Notes: a model not told the origin generated them from the letters alone. Counted from the first letter of the stretch, positions 47,702-61,413 are shown. The stretch is 64,000 bases of DNA from Spizellomyces punctatus DAOM BR117 (GCA_000182565.2 KQ257452.1); one strand, 5' to 3'. Translations and numbers: made by a program.

Positions 47702-50116
47702 TGGTAGTTGGTTGGTTGTAGGGAGGGAATTACTTGGCTTTTCCGAACCGGTTGTCGCCGGTTTATTCCCTGGTGTGGTAGCTAGTGCCAGTTTCTGTCA
47801 CCTCTGCACTAAAATATATTAATATGAGGCGCCGATCCATGGATCAAACCCTGGGAGCGGGTTTAACTTCATTGAGTAGCAGAATCAAACCTTGATTGTG
47901 GGCGTTTTATTTTGTTGGTTATTTATCCGGCTGAAAGATCTCCAAATGAGCGATACCGGGCAATTCAAGCAGCGAGGGCATTTATGAGGCAAGGAATGTA
48001 TATAGTCGGAGGCCTTTTCCAAGACACGAGAGCATGGATGCGCATTGTGAGCTCCAGCGATAATTTGAAATATGTGTCAAAGACCTCAACGCATCAAGAA
48101 TGGAGTAAATGGTTTATAGATTGTCGTTTTTGCTTTAACTTGTCCCTGCGGTAATGTTGGGGGTTTTATTCACTTTCATCTGCAAACACGACATCCATGG
48201 CAATTACTGCATTTTGTGTGACAGCTTGACCGTTTTCTGCTGAGCAGATTTCCTGACATACTCTGGCCCCAAAGCGGCCTACTAGAAGAGCGCGAATGGG
48301 CTTTTCTAGGATACAAACTGCGTTAATGAACCTTGGAAAACTCTGTCACCAATGACGTAGGGCCTATGCGTCAAGCGATTTGCAAAGAGGAAACCCTTGT
48401 AACTCTTGAGCGTGAGATAAAACATTGGAGGTAGAAATCGTTCATTGAGGATGGAGAAATCCCGAACAGAAGGGGATTTGTCCGTATTATTGTCTTTTGG
48501 ACATACAATATTAGTTTGAGGAACGAATGTTTGGGGAACGATATGGATACAGAACTGACTTAATGGATGCTACAAGTACTAGGCAAAGCGGTATTACAAG
48601 ACGGCTCAGTTGATTGTTTTATGCGGCGTCACTCCCGTGCGATAAACCTGGATGTCTATCGTCTTCTTGGTTCAGTGATTAGGTCAATACCAGCCCTTCT
48701 TGCCATCTAAGCCCAAAGCGCGGTTAACACGGGAATGCCTGGAAAAAAGAAATAAGAGCGTGCTATTCGCACAGGGCAAAGCGGTGTCTCATGCAGTCTG
48801 TTGGCTTGACTGTACGGCAGGTGCAAAACTTATGCAAGGGTATACTTGTTGGAATGACTCTTCAGGGCCAATGACGTCCATAAGCAGACATCTTGAAACA
48901 TTAGCCAACATAACCAATACATTGTAAGTGGGTTATTGCTAATTACTTGAATTGATTATTCTGGGTGTAACTGATAGCCAATCTTAACTTGTGCCCCACT
49001 TGTCACTTCACTTACTTACTTGACGGTAGAAAGTAACTAAAGAATAATCTGGCGTACACAGGATTGGATGTTGATGGAATATGGTAGCATGCTGTAGAGT
49101 GATCAGATGTGAAAAAGGTAAATAACCAGTGAATGCTTCAATGATTCCAATGCATTTTCCTCATCTTCCTTGTTCCTTAAACTACAAGTAAATGGCACCG
49201 TTGAGTCATCTTTTCAATGCAAAAAGCCCCAGTACCAGACAGTGTGGGATGGCTCGTTGAGTAAAAATTGGGGACTAAACACACCCACTATTATGACCAA
49301 AAGTGTAATTCGGAAAGATACAAAAAGGGTGTTGAAAAGATCTATGAGTGATACCCAATAAGTTGGTATAGAATTTCCCTGCTCTACTTTCATCACGTTC
49401 GTCCAACATCGAATTTCTTTCGTTGTCTATAAGAATGTTGCAAATCGGGTGAACCTCGCAAAGGGAAACTCGGTTTGTGGGATGGTTCCTGCTGGGCATT
49501 AGGTCACGGTATATATACAAGTGCACAGAGTTCCATCTGATACAATTCATCCCAAGCTGCCCCGTACGGAGGAGCATCTAATGGGGTTCAAGATGAGGAA
49601 TGTTGCAAGGCTGCATCCGGTCTCTGGTACTCTGCAAGATCAAATCTTCTTCGAGTGCATTGGTTGGACCGTTGCGTTGGATATTAGATTATCTTCGCAA
49701 TGACATATAACAGTCAGCGTTTTGATAACGGTAATCAGCAGCGAGTTGGGAAAGGTTTGGACTTGTCCACAGCAAGGATGGAGGGCATAGTACAAAACAA
49801 TCTGTTTCCAAGGCATGTTCTTGCGTGCGGGCTACTCGCTACGGCGAATTCTAACATGCGTCCTTTATCAAATGAAAGATGCAGCACTTTATTTCCTTCT
49901 TTACAACGTGACTAGGATGCAGATGCCGAGAGTAAAAGATGGTTCTCGAAAATATGAGGCTCTAAAGATTGTCCAAAAGTCTGGCACGTACCAGCGAGGA
50001 CAATTCCATGCTAACTATGCATGACCAGCGGTTCATGGTCTCTCGCGATACGAAGATGCTTACGGTACATGACAAGACTAAACGACGGAATTGTTCTTTG
50101 TGATTCATGAGCTCCT

Positions 50117-51111
50117 CTAAGCTCCCAGTTTGGTCATTGCCTCCATCACCATCGCATTGCACCTACATATGCAAAACAATTTGAGCAACACAGTTCATAA
50201 TCACGGACCAGATCGCAACGTACATTTTCGCATACGGATTATTCCGCACAGCAGCTTTTGCAACCTCGTTCCCGTATCGTGCTCCTTGGGCAAAATCGCT
50301 CTCCGCACCCGCAGCGTCCCCCTGCGATTTGCGGATAATTGCTCGTTGTGTATATGCCTGATTTGGCAAAGTTGGGTCAGCACACTTGTCGTGTAGTCAG
50401 GCTGGATGGAACAGGTACCTGTTTGAGGACTGATGCATTTCCTACACCGTATTCAAGTGCCCGCTCTAAATCCTCCAAAGCCTCCTTTACTTGTCCTTTG
50501 AGACGGAACGCTTGTGCTCTGCACAGAGGTGAGCACACATAAACAACACAAACTGCACCCGAATCTTGTGCCTTGCCACATACCGATTGTTGTATGCACT
50601 TGCATATTCCGGGCAAAGAGATATGCATTCGTTGAGCTTATCGATACTCCCTACGAGATCATTGTGTTCCGCAAGGATGACGGCCTCTTGTTCAATCATT
50701 TTGAGACGAGTGAGTGTCATGGAATCGATGGCGGGTAGTGTGGTTGCTGTTACGAGGGCATGGGGATGTCAAAATATTTGATCTGCACAGTGTCACCAAA
50801 GACATTTACCATTTCCAAGGAGTGGTTCATCATCCAACGCCAGCCCCGAGTCTATAGAGAGAGAGTGACAAGAGCCGGTTTCGGTCAGGTTGATTTAAAG
50901 AAACTGTTTTGCCGCATGGGTCTTTTAGCACATACCAGGGTTGAAAATGAGATTCAGAATGTTCTTGCAACGCAGCATATCATATGAAAATCAGATGATA
51001 TTCACAAAAAGCGGAGCGGCCGGGGACAATGCATCATTGCTCCTCATGGTAACCCACCTCGTCGTGCCGGCTGACCGCACTGACAGCGGCCCCATTCCCA
51101 GGTTGTTCCAT
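50117..51111 (-). CDS. TTC36: Tetratricopeptide repeat protein 36 homolog
   Basis: Spliced product SRHDE|NILNLIFNP...ASAYNNR|AQAFRL...AYTQRA...NPYAKM|CNAMV. Confidence 0.88.
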
Positions 51112-53654
51112 TGTGGTTGGTCTGCAAAATGGGGTTCCGCTCAATGTACGTGAGCATATTCCGCCCGTTCGAAACCACACTCCATCCGATTATGTCGTTC
51201 AATCACATGCTGCCACATGATCCGATTCCGGTTGCTCTACACCTGCTGACGTTAACCTACACTTGCTGACGGCAGATCGGGCATCCGCCCCATTGGCACC
51301 GGTTCCAAAACCGAGGCTAAGAAGAGGTTCGGATGAGACCGGCTCCAATCACTGCTTTCGGAGGGCAAGTGGCGCCGCCCGAGCCTCTTGTGAACGGCAA
51401 GCACATGACTAAAAGTTTATCCAATCCATCCTTGGGATTGCCCCCCAACCAGTTGCATTACTCCCGCAAGGCGCGGATGAAATATCTCGTTTTCATTGAA
51501 TAGGGGGCACTATGGGGGGGAGGCATGTGTTATCTCTTTGGCTGTTACGACCTGGCAATCTTTTTTATAAATCTGTACATCGTTCCACCTGGCATCTCCT
51601 TTAACGAAGGTTGGGGGCCATGCGTGAGATACGCTTCTTCTTCTTCTTTGACCCTCTGTTCTTGCAACAGACCCCACTCGAAAAAAAAGGCCCACGGACG
51701 AAAACGGATCACATTGGCCAAGACTTCCGGTCCAACGCACCATTTGTGTGATCGTGAGTTAGCCTGGCGCGTATCTGATAAAACTCCTCCTCTCATTTGC
51801 AATATTCCTCTCCTGGAGTTTATTTGGGTGACACGTCGGAGGAAAAGACATCCGCGTTTGCAAATGAGACTTACTCTCCTTCCACAGAGAGAACGTTTTT
51901 GTGGGCCAGACTCTGTCTTCCATGCCTGGAGCGGGTTTTTTTTTCCTTGAAAGCTGATCTCGACTTGAACGGGAATTAATACTTTCCGCGGAACGTGTCT
52001 GTCCATGGATCAGGGTCGTGCGTGATCTCATAATCAGTCGGTCATCGCCACCACATGACGGGGACGCGTGCCGTTCACTCGGTCCCTTGGGTCTGCACCA
52101 GGAGCATCGGGCGCACCTCCCAGGGACAACGGACTCACGGGAAAATGGCAAACGCCCACATGTCCTTGCACAAGCGTTTTGCAACTTCAGGGTCAAGTGA
52201 AAAGCCATGGGAGGCGTACCAGAACAAGAATTTAAAGAAATAAAACTTGTTTACAAAGCCCCACCCGACCAACGGGGTGTGTGTGGTGCATACTGTACCT
52301 GGCGTCTGGCGGCATGTCACAAATCAGGACAAGATGAGAGCGTACCTCCATGTCGTCACTCTGCCGTAGTTTCCAAGGTGTTTTCCCCCCCCCATGCGTG
52401 TGTGTAGTGCGTGTGTTTGTCAATAGTACAATGGGGGCGATAGCGCCCATTCAATTGTGGAGATCACTTGTATATTTTTTCAAACATGGCGTAATTGTTT
52501 TTTTTATTACTAGATGCTAAAACGAGCATGAATCATTCTAGCTTTTCCCCTCACTTTTGCACGCGCATAAAAAGCAATTCTGGGCCTCGACAACAATCTT
52601 GTTCTCTAGCGCGCCGATGGAATAAGTTGGGAGGGGGGGATCCGAGCCCGTGTCTTTCACTCCTCCACAATATGAGTGGTTTACAAGAGCGACAAATTGA
52701 CAGTTGAACGCAAATTGCGGTTGACCCGCATTGTACTGCGGTTTTGATTTTCTCTCGTCTTTTTTTTAATTTTCAATACGAACAATAGGGGGCGAACAGA
52801 GCAAAAGGGCGCTGGCGGTAATAAAAACTTTTTGCGCGTGCAGGTCCGTGTCAAAAAGAAAATAACGGAACAACGGAAGCTCCACGATGATACAAAGGGC
52901 AGACGCATGACTGCGCCATGAGATCAGTGGCTGACTTGTTCACGTGATGCGTCCTGAAGCCAACATTCTGGTTAACCTTCGCAACATCGGTCGAACTAGA
53001 ATCGTACCTTACCACGTTTACGTCACTTGTGTGCGCCGTTCTGGGATTAGAGGGCGGTGCTCCAAACTCTCCGGGAATGTGGATCCATGCAACTAGGTCA
53101 TGGAATTTGAGCCCCCTTCCCCTTTGTTCCCCAAATCTGAATGTTGTTGGCAGGAGAAGAAAGATCCAATTATCCTCCAAGGTCTTACGCATCTGGCCTC
53201 CTTTTCACCCCCCAGGGCATTTCCCTCCCAGAGTCCTTTAGGGTTCAAAAGAGCATTATTGCCACACACACACACGGCGGAATCGTCGTAGACAAGTGCT
53301 CTCGCATTTCCGTTAAACACTTCTTTTTTTTTTTATCCCTTCTTGTGGCCCCCTGCATTCCCTTTTTTTTTCCGTGTCTCTGGGCGGGCTCATTATAACA
53401 GACGCATTTTGAACAAGTCGTTTGGGCTCTGTGCAAGGATCTCTCTTTGAACGTTAACGTAGCCATTATAAAAAGCCCTCTCGTCCTGGTCTTTTTCCCC
53501 GCAAGTCAACTTTCAAATATTCCTTTTTTTTTATCTTGTTACCATTCCTTTTCCCATCGTGAGGCTTTTCGCCATCGGCAAACCTCGTTCAAGCCTCAGA
53601 TCCCAAACGTAAAAACAACAACACGAACAACAACTCCCGCCGTTCATCAAAAAG

Positions 53655-54656
53655 ATGATTTCCATCGCCGACCTTGTATGTCAAGAGTCTCAAGATCCAA
53701 TTCGTAGTAGATCGCAGGATCTCTATCCACCACGAAACGATATCTACAAGGCTTCCCTACAACCTCGCAAACTCGCTCCTCCTCCTCTCGACATTGCCCT
53801 TGCACGGCTGTCGGGGACGCCTGGAGCGCCTCGCGTCGCCACGTATCCTTCCCCGTCTCCTGACAACCGATATGACGCGCTTTCGAGGACGATGCCTCAC
53901 GGTCACGGCAGGACCGCGACTTTCAAGACTGCTGCGATTCCCCTAGTGAACCGGTCCTCGTCAGAGTATGGTCACCTATACCAACCACACCATCACGAGC
54001 CCGCTCAGGCCTGCTGCAGTCACCCGCTCAGTGTCGCGCCCTCACCGTCATTGTCACCGCCAGTACACGCAAGCTCGTCTTGCGGTCGGCACAGTCCCCG
54101 GCGGTCATTTGATCTCGGCAACCAGATATCCCAGGCGCCAGCAGATTGTGAAAAGCAGTCGTCTCATATTGCATACCCCCCAAGTCCCCGCGACAGCGAA
54201 CGTTCCTTTTCGTCTTCAAGTACGGTCAGTGAATCAGAGCCCTTTGAATTGTCACCATCAACTCCCGTCCACCACCACGACACTCAAAAGGATTCCGCCG
54301 ACCAAGAAGCAGCAAATGCTCACTTTGCCGCTGTACTTCAAGCCGCTGCGCTAGAGCACTACCGGGAAGGCAAGGTCAATTGCCCAGATTGCGGCAAGGA
54401 CTTTCATCGCCTGTGCAACTTTCGCTCCCACTTCCGCATTCACCAACGCACACGGCCGTTTGTATGCAAAGTGTGTTCGCAACAATTCCTTCGCAAACAT
54501 GATCTCAACAGGCACGAACGGATTCACGCTGGCGAGAAACCGTTCCGTTGCCGACGTTGTGGCAAGGGGTTCGTACGCAAAGACGCCCTCAGGCGACACG
54601 AAAACATGATTCCGGAAATCCAAAAGTTTCGATGTGTCGTCAAAACAATGATGTGA
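53655..54656 (+). CDS. C2H2 zinc-finger transcription factor (3 fingers)
   Basis: CPDCGKDF...H...H, RPFVCKVC...RKHDLNRHERIH, GEKPFRCRRCGKGFVRKDALRRH. Confidence 0.93.
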   Translation: MISIADLVCQESQDPIRSRSQDLYPPRNDIYKASLQPRKLAPPPLDIALARLSGTPGAPRVATYPSPSPDNRYDALSRTMPHGHGRTATFKTAAIPLVNRSSSEYGHLYQPHHHEPAQACCSHPLSVAPSPSLSPPVHASSSCGRHSPRRSFDLGNQISQAPADCEKQSSHIAYPPSPRDSERSFSSSSTVSESEPFELSPSTPVHHHDTQKDSADQEAANAHFAAVLQAAALEHYREGKVNCPDCGKDFHRLCNFRSHFRIHQRTRPFVCKVCSQQFLRKHDLNRHERIHAGEKPFRCRRCGKGFVRKDALRRHENMIPEIQKFRCVVKTMM

Positions 54657-54887
54657 AGCTAGCCGTTGGATGGATTGAAATTGATGTACATAGTTGCTAT
54701 AGTGGGGGACAAGACAAATTGGGGAGTTAATTAGAAAGCCGACGCATTGTATTGGTGTGAAAACAATGCGTGACAGATTTAGTCTTTGAAGTTTTTATTT
54801 TCCTATCGTCTTTTTGTTAACAAATTATATTTGATGTGCTTTGAGATTGCTTCACTGTCTTTGATAGTGTATTGGCAAAAACAAATG

Positions 54888-55221
54888 TCAGTGCCTCCAC
54901 CACACGCAGTCCCTACTAGGCCATGATCTGGAACTCTTGATGGCATTGAAGCCAGACTCTTGCATCCAGGAGCGAATCGACTGGGCAGCATCACAAGCAA
55001 GAGTATGTTCAGTAACGAAGGCTTGGAGACTATAAACTGCATGTCAGAAGATGACCCGATGACAAGAAATGCAAGAAATGCCCTTGATATATACCAACCA
55101 AGCTCAACAAATGTGGCAGCATAATAGCAGGTTTGTTAACGGATCCAATTGGTTGCAGCTGGTTCTGATCGCTGTTGCTGTCGGGGGGACGAGGACCTCG
55201 GCACCAGAGCAGTATTCTCAT
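54888..55221 (-). CDS. Small 2-exon ORF (91 aa), MRILLWCRGPRPPD..., paralog B
   Basis: TATAAA at 55306-55311 (minus strand), phase-1 GT-AG intron 55037-55094, homology to 47419-47701. Confidence 0.45.
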
Positions 55222-55819
55222 GGTGGACTGAGACTTGAGCGTTGGGCAGATGCTTCGACAGTCGAGGGATAAAGAAACAAGATGGGGGGAAGAGGAAGAG
55301 GGGGGTTTATATGGAAAAACTGAGTCGATAATATTGAGTCATGCAGGTGGCAACTGGAATATTCCTCTCATAGATGGCCGCAAGGGATAGTATCCGTTCA
55401 TTGCCGCAGGTATTGGACCCGTTTTTCATACTGGCCACACATATTGGACCCGTTTTTTCATGATGGAGCATCTCTGTGGGTATAGTTCATTTGCCTAAAT
55501 CGAGGGAGGCATCTTGCATTTCATCTCATTCGATCCAGTGGCTGCATCTGCAGACTGACAGTCTTTCACTATGTTTGCTCTCATGACTGCGCCATGTCCG
55601 AGACGTGTCCGAAAGGACTATGAAGTTCGCCTGGTGGACCTTTTTTCTCCTTTCTGCCAGAAACCTTTTTCCCCAGATCCTGCGCGTTCTCACACCTGCG
55701 CAGTCCCGCTCCTCGTCGCCATCCATTCACACACTCGTTCTCCACTCCTGCGGCCCTCGGTGCAAATCCCCTCTCAAACCTCGGTTGATTCCCGACAATT
55801 CTTTGTTAAAGCCAAAGCC

Positions 55820-56604
55820 ATGACCACTGTTTCCAGTCCACGCAAACCCTCCCACGCCGGTGTGAAGATGACGTCGGATGGCGCCTCCGTTGCCAAAAGG
55901 TGCGGTGATAGCTGCTTTAGCCGTAGGTGGATGCCCTCTTTGTCGACAGACCATTAATACAATGTTACATGCAGGCTGCAGAATGAGCTCATGTCTCTAA
56001 TGGTGAGTAGGGATAATGGCATTCCAGTATATATTGTTGGAAGATGAACGTGAATAATGGTTTGAAATTTTGGACAGATGGCAGGTATACCAGGGATTTC
56101 AGCCTTCCCAGATGCTGATGACCTGACGTGCTGGACAGCCACGATTCACGGAGCACCAGGAACGGTACGATCCGAACATGAGCACTTGTTCTTTGGTTTG
56201 TTTGTTTGATGACTTTTTTATAGGTGTACGAAGGCCTTAAATACAAGCTGTCCATGAAATTTCCTGCAACATATCCTTACAATGCACCGACCGTCACCTT
56301 TAAAACACCATGCTTCCATCCAAACGTGGACATGAATGGTGGAATATGTCTGGACATTCTTAAAGACAAGTGGTCAGCCGTTTACACAGTACAAACGATT
56401 TTGGTGTCTTTGCAGAGTTTGCTTGGAGGTGAGAATGCATACATGTCACGGCGGTTGTCGAGAGTCGACTGGCTGATGACGGCGCATGCTGTAACAGAGC
56501 CGAATAACGATAGCCCGCTCAACAATGAAGCTGCGGAGCTCTGGGATCAGCCCGACCTGTTTCGAAAACAGGTGCTTTCGGTACATCCTGGTAATGACGA
56601 ATAG
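55820..56604 (+). CDS. UBE2C: Ubiquitin-conjugating enzyme E2-C (UbcH10/Ubc11)
   Basis: [59 protein letters not shown]. Confidence 0.93.
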
Positions 56605-58914
56605 ATAATTTTTTGGTTTTGTTTATGATTGTGGTTGTTGGGTGTACAAAAGTGATTTCTTGGGTTTGCATATATAGAACTAGACCAAAGTATCTAGTAG
56701 GCGTACGAGTTGTTTTCAATTGTACAAAAGTCGAAACTGAGGAGGAATAGAACGCTGTGTGGTGGCAAGACGCTGTTCGTTGGGGTTCGGCATTATTGGA
56801 CAAATGATCTGCGCAAACCGTCAACCCGAAGCAACGCGACCATCTCGTCAAAAAGTCAAAAATGCAAAATAGATCCGCGCGTCCTTCCGTGTTTGATTTG
56901 GTTCCAATTGCTTTATCAAAGGATCCGGATAAAGTGCACTATGGCGGCTGGAGGTTAGAGACTGGATGCAACCATTCTGGTGTTGGAGGCTGCTGTTGAC
57001 ATTGATTGTAATCACATGCGAATAGGGCTTGCTGAGACTTGTACGGGAAAAACCTGAAGTCCTCATGCAATGCAATAGGGCTTTTGGAAAGGTGGGCGGG
57101 TGCTCCAGGCCTCGCTCTCTCTGCCACGAGCTCATCAGTCATCACGATCAAATCTGGGAAACTCAATTACGCGTGAAGAGGTGGAGGTGGGGAGGGGGTC
57201 CGACATCATCGGCATTTGGTACAACTCTCTGGATCGATCATCTGAGCTCATTGCCATCAGTGAAACAATCGTAAAGCGATCGGCCGCCCTGCTCAGGCTT
57301 GGTTGAGAGTTGGGATTTGGTTTTGTCGCCACGAGGGTAACTGAGCCTGGCCTGATCAAAGCTTTGATCCCATTTCCCTTCCGACTTGCTGAGAAACAGT
57401 GAACCTTTTTGAAAAAAGCCTCGCCAGCAAAAAATCTTTTTACATCTGTGCTTGTTATTTGTTGTTGCTGTTGGTGTGATTGGAATTCCCCAAAAACCCT
57501 TTTGGCCCTCAACAGGGCATCGGAGCTTTGGACTCCAGGGGCTTGTGGTAAATTGTCTCAACGCATTTACTATCCAGTGAGGTTCTAGTCGATTAGAATG
57601 CGATCATGTGATGTGGTTTCTTTCATTGCCGACTAAACGCGAATTGAAAGTTTCAATGATGAGAAGGGAGAAAACACGGTGGGGTTTGCCCTTCCTTTTT
57701 GTCCCAAAAACTCGCTTTGGAAAGACCGGGTTGTTCGACGACATTTCCCATCTTTCTACGACCTTCCCTTGTCGCCCCCCCATCACCGAAATCGACATTG
57801 CCCTACTTTTTATTCTACAGTATACTTGTCACGCCACGCAGAGAAAGCACAAAGCCACTTGCAGCACACAAGTGTGCGGTCGTGTTTTTCAACCATTCCC
57901 ATTCTACAAAATCATTCTTGTGCTCTTACCGTTTAGCCATTGTTCTTTTTGGCTTGTTCCGTCTTACTGAGCTGTCGGTCCAGCAAACTCGTCACTGCTA
58001 CTTACTATCCTATCCTTCTTTTGCACCTTGCATTGTCGGTGACTTGCTCAAACGGACACCTGCCATCGACACTTTCTATTGTGTGTGACGAGCACTTTTG
58101 GTCTCTCTACTTTGTATTCAGCAAGCGACATTGTAAACGTTGAAAGTGTCCGTACGGTTTTCCTTTTGAGCTACTTTCGTTACGCACATTTGACGCCACC
58201 CCCGCCTTGTCCGCGCGCCCGTTTCCTGCGGATCCGGTTTCCAACTTCTTTTTGTCTACCCGACCGCGGCTGTTGTGGAAGTTCTTGTTCAGGGTCCCTT
58301 GTCGGACGTTTCTCGTTATCTTTGTTTATCGTATTCCACGTTTGCGGACTGGCCATTGTGCTGATTCTACTTTTTGAGCAAGGTAATTGTGAGAGCATCT
58401 TGGAGAACGGTCTCGGTTCTGGGATGGGAGGTTCAAGGGTTGTTGGTTGGAAAGGAAACTAGGCACTATGAATGATAGTGGAGGTGCTAAAGTGCAATAT
58501 GTCGCACATGTAAATTGGCGAGCGAACGTGTATTTGGTCAGTTGGTCTCTATGTGCAGGAAGCGATTGGTGTCTCATACGGATCATGATTCCTGTTATGC
58601 TCGCGTGTAAGATAGTGCGATTGCACCATCTGTTGCTTCGTTGCACCCGTGTGCTTTGGTTCACGGAATGTACCGGCGAGGAGATGCATATCTTTCAGTC
58701 GGAGCTACAAGGATTTTGTAACGCAGATCTGGATCTGAAATCTGACCATTTTTTTCCTTACTTGTTTTCTTAGTTTCCCGGGGAAGGTCACGTAAATGCA
58801 TTAATTTTATGCAGCATCTTCCGAGCGACTATACCACCTAATTATCAGCGAAACACGCGTACCCTGCTTCCCATTTGCCACAACCTATCTGCCTCAACTG
58901 TTACCCTAATTGCA

Positions 58915-61413
58915 ATGTCTCACTTACCGAAAACGACGATTCATGTCACTAATATCACCAAAGACAAGGCCACGCTCAAGAAAATGTTCCAAGACATGGA
59001 AGGTTTCCGGCGCATTTCTTTTCATCAAGATTACTGCTTTGTATGCTTTGATGATCTGAGCTCTGCGACTGATGCGATTGACACCGTGCACAGTCAGGTA
59101 ACGGATCTACAAAACTCTTGTTAGTTGTATATCCGGACTGATTGTCTTTGATAGACCGACATGCTGGCTGCCTACGCCAAACATGGTGTTGCATCCGCAA
59201 CCACACCCACTATAGCTGTTCAGCCAAATCCCATTCTCTACGTCAGTCTCTTTTCCTATTTTACCGAGGTAGAGCTTACCAAGATCTTCCGCTCGTATGA
59301 TGGCTTTGACAGGTATGTACAGCAGATAAATGTGGGATCCTCGGTGATTTGTTAGTAACCTTTGAGGGCGTCTACTAGCTGTCGGTTCTTTCCAAGCCAT
59401 GCTCTCGTTCGCTTCAAGGACGTAGAGTGCGCCAAACGAGCGTTGGAAGATTTGAATTCCACTACGAACCTTTTTGCAAATTATTCCACCAAAGGCGCAA
59501 AACAGGGTAGTAGCAGATCGTCCCGAAGAGGAACAACATCCAGCTCTACCTCAACAACTACAGGTATCGACGGCGATGGAGCTGCCGAACACGCGAGGGC
59601 ATCAGACGCGGGCGGCGTCACCGGATCGACTCATCCCAAACGTACCATTCATGTCACCAACATCGACAAAGACAAGGCACACATCCTGCACCTGTTCTCG
59701 CAATATGAAGGCTTCCGTCGGGTAGCTTTTTACGCAGACTATTGTTTTGTGTGTTTTGCCGACACCCGCACCGCATCGAAAGCAATTGAAGAAATTCTCT
59801 TCAAAACCAAAATGAAGGCCAACTTTGCCAAAGCGGACTTTATTCCTCACCAAATTCCTACATCCGCTATCGGTCACCCAAATTCCATTATTCGCGTCTC
59901 GGACTATCCGTCCAATACCTCTGATTATGACCTTGTCAGAATCTTTGAACGACACGATGGCTTTCAGGACATTCATTTTTACCATGCATCCTGCCTTGTT
60001 TATTTCAAGGACCAAACCAGTGCGCGCCGTGCTTTAGAGAGCGTCAATGCCACTACCAACTTCACCGCCATTTATTCCAAGAAGGGGGTCAACTCGAGGT
60101 CCCGAGGAGGAGCTGTATCCCGTATAGCTCGCTCAGCACAGGCATCAGCGTCATCTGTATCCACCGCATCAGCCAAAACTCTTGCCACTTCTACACCTGC
60201 CACCGCTCTTCCTCCAGCAAACACTTCCAGTCAATCATCGCCGGACTCGTCTGAGACGCAAGAAGACGAATCGTCGTCATCTCCGCGCAACAGCCCCTCG
60301 CCCGAGCTACCTGTGGCACAAGATACCGACGAGGCCTACGATGACGACGAGCTGATTCCGCGGGAGAGCGAATCTCTCACGGCAACATTGACGCATACTC
60401 CACCCAGCATGTTTATACAGCCTGATATGGTAAATGACGTCGTTGTAGCAGCAGCTGCAGAAGCATCCGGAGCTGAAGACGCTGTTCATCAGAATGGGGA
60501 AGAGTTTGGCATAGGTGCATTCACATCAGCAGATCGCAGTGACGGATCCAACAGTGTCCATGGGTCAGATCTGGATGGTCCTGACCTGGTTCTCCATGAG
60601 CACGTCTCACACCACCTTCAACAGCAGCAGCACGATGCGGCTAAACCGCATTTGCACTTTGCTACCTTTTTGCACCAGCAGTTCCAATTATCGCCGCAAT
60701 CCAACCAGGCACCGGAAACACTCTCCGCACCCGGTCTCCTTCCGCCCTTTTCTGCAACATCTACCAACATGGCAAGCCATCTTGCCTACGCTCAGGCCCT
60801 CGCTGACAAAACGGGGCATTCGTCTCTCCCCTCGCACTTTGCTCAAGCACAAAACATGAGCAAAGACTCAACCATTGCCATCGGAAACCAACTTTTAGCT
60901 ACCAAATCCTTCCTTGACGACTTGTTTGGTCGCTACATCCGCCTTGAACAAGAAAACCGCGTGCTACGCCAAACCCATCGCCATTCCCAACACCTCGCTG
61001 CGCACATGCAAGGAACGCAGCACCCACCCCACCAACATCACCCGTCCCAACAATCACAAGACCAGCAACCCCACGACACATCTGACCAATTCCACACCTT
61101 GCACACCCAGCAACAGCTCTCAGATGCTCCTAGTGACCCATCCCTCGTTCCACCCTCCACAACCTCCCAACCACACGGCCACGTTCATGCATCTACCACT
61201 GCATCACAAACGGTTCCCATCACCCCATCCTCTGAAACAGCTGAAGCACCCTGGATCGAACTCGACCGCCTCCGTAAAGAAAACGACATTATGAGGCGGG
61301 AAAACGCGGTATTGAGAGAGGAGCTCTCTAGACGGAATATGGAATATGAACGCTTGGATGCTGCGCACAAGAGTTGTGGAGTGTTGCAGGGGTTATTGGC
61401 CATGTGTGAATAA
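58915..61413 (+). CDS. RNA-binding protein with four short RRM-like domains, a His/Gln-rich region and C-terminal coiled coils
   Basis: KTTIHVTNI...GFRRISFHQDYCFVCF repeated as KRTIHVTNI...GFRRVAFYADYCFVCF; two introns. Confidence 0.8.

Noticed and set aside
51510-52450. 150-aa ORFs upstream of the C2H2 gene
   Set aside because: No recognisable domain or coherent exon chain; probably promoter or intergenic DNA.
57135-58773. Short ORFs upstream of the RRM gene
   Set aside because: No homology cues; likely a long 5' UTR, intron or promoter.
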